Positions 63,373 to 64,000 of a DNA stretch of 64,000 nt are shown one piece after another. Numbering within the stretch: position 1 is the first letter of the stretch; every line of letters begins with the position of its first letter. The notes below the pieces were generated by a model, which was given only the letters and a program-made list of their open reading frames with translations, had not been told where the DNA came from and did not search any database. The DNA comes from a bacterium (GTDB lineage Bacteria; Patescibacteriota; Minisyncoccia; JAHIHE01): assembly GCA_030693205.1 (NCBI GenBank), contig JAUYBG010000011.1:56793-120792 (forward strand). The letters run 5' to 3'. Both the position numbers and the translations under genes were made by a program.

Positions 63373-64000
63373 CTAAGAAGCGGAAGCGATTACTTTTCTG
63401 TAAACATCTTCATACCCTTCCGCCATCACCTTGGCGCTAAAAAATTTATTTGCTCGTTCATAGCATTTCCTACGGTCAAGATTATTGATTTTACTGACGG
63501 CTTCAACCATTTCATCAACATTTTTTACAATAAAACCTGTTTCGCCATCAACAATCTGCTCGCGAATCGGCCCCCGGTCAAAAGCAATCACTGGTGTCCC
63601 GCAAGCCATCGCCTCAATCGTCACAAGGCCAAAAGGTTCATTCCATTTTATAGGATTCAGTAATGCTTTCGCACTTTGTAAAAGTTTGATTTTTTCCTTA
63701 TCTTCCACTTCTCCTATATAACTAATTTGCTTACCGTCAATAAATGGTTTAATATCTTCTTCATAATATCTTATATCCTCAGGAACGGCCGAATCAATCT
63801 TACCTGCGAGAATCAATTTCGTTTTTACTTTTATGGCCGCTTGAACCGCCTCAGCAGTACCTTTGGTAGGAGTTATTCTACCCAACCAAACTAAATATTC
63901 TTCCGGTTTATCGTTAAATTTAAATTCGGAAAAATTAAGCCCGTTATGAACCATGCCGGCATAATTCAAGAATTTTAGAGTTTGTTGTGCGCGAGAAATG
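63373..64000 (-). CDS. GT4-family glycosyltransferase, C-terminal ~209 codons (N-terminus beyond window end)
   Basis: EPFGLVTIEAMACGTPVIAFDRGPIREQIVDGETGFIV. The frame stays open to the window edge (..ISRAQQTLKFLNYAGMVHNG). Confidence 0.85.
   Translation of the reverse strand, partial: ISRAQQTLKFLNYAGMVHNGLNFSEFKFNDKPEEYLVWLGRITPTKGTAEAVQAAIKVKTKLILAGKIDSAVPEDIRYYEEDIKPFIDGKQISYIGEVEDKEKIKLLQSAKALLNPIKWNEPFGLVTIEAMACGTPVIAFDRGPIREQIVDGETGFIVKNVDEMVEAVSKINNLDRRKCYERANKFFSAKVMAEGYEDVYRKVIASAS

Overview
This 64-kb window is AT-rich and densely packed. Its housekeeping backbone is split by several low-GC accessory islets. The gene content (compact genes, many secreted or membrane-anchored paralogs, a type IV pilus ATPase, separated ruvA and ruvB, a lone frameshifted pyrI, a salvage-type upp-like gene) suggests a small-genome, possibly Patescibacteria/CPR-like bacterium; this is inference only. 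Core genes recognised from the ORF translations: recA, a RodZ-like protein, ftsK, rpoB-rpoC, ruvA, rpsT, holA, polA, an NrnA-like DHH phosphoesterase, pilB/gspE-type ATPase, ruvB, PBP1A, tyrS. No rRNA, tRNA or CRISPR array was seen. The most notable accessory content is: (1) a three-gene minus-strand operon of a LexA-like S24 repressor, a TcmP-like methyltransferase-fold protein and a Cx3Cx3C protein, with a promoter-overlapping palindrome and its own terminator, inserted between tyrS and a trehalose/glycosyltransferase cluster; (2) a radical-SAM/SPASM plus divergent Upp-family PRTase operon opposite a frameshifted pyrI-like gene, followed by an islet of small self-contained transcription units that includes an ORF6N protein; (3) duplicated secreted-protein cassettes around an AAA+ ATPase and a toxin-antitoxin pair; (4) a giant C39-like/PA14 surface protein and paralogous signal-anchored proteins; (5) an FG-GAP repeat protein ending in a double-transmembrane tail; (6) several non-coding repeat structures: 29-bp and 14-bp inverted repeats, short AT-rich tandem octamers directly 5' of start codons, and a duplicated promoter-leader module; (7) an otsA/trehalase/ROK-kinase/four-GT4 island that contains an E/K-rich hydrophilin-like protein. 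Coordinates of small sequence motifs were counted by hand from the printed sequence and may be off by 1-2 nt.
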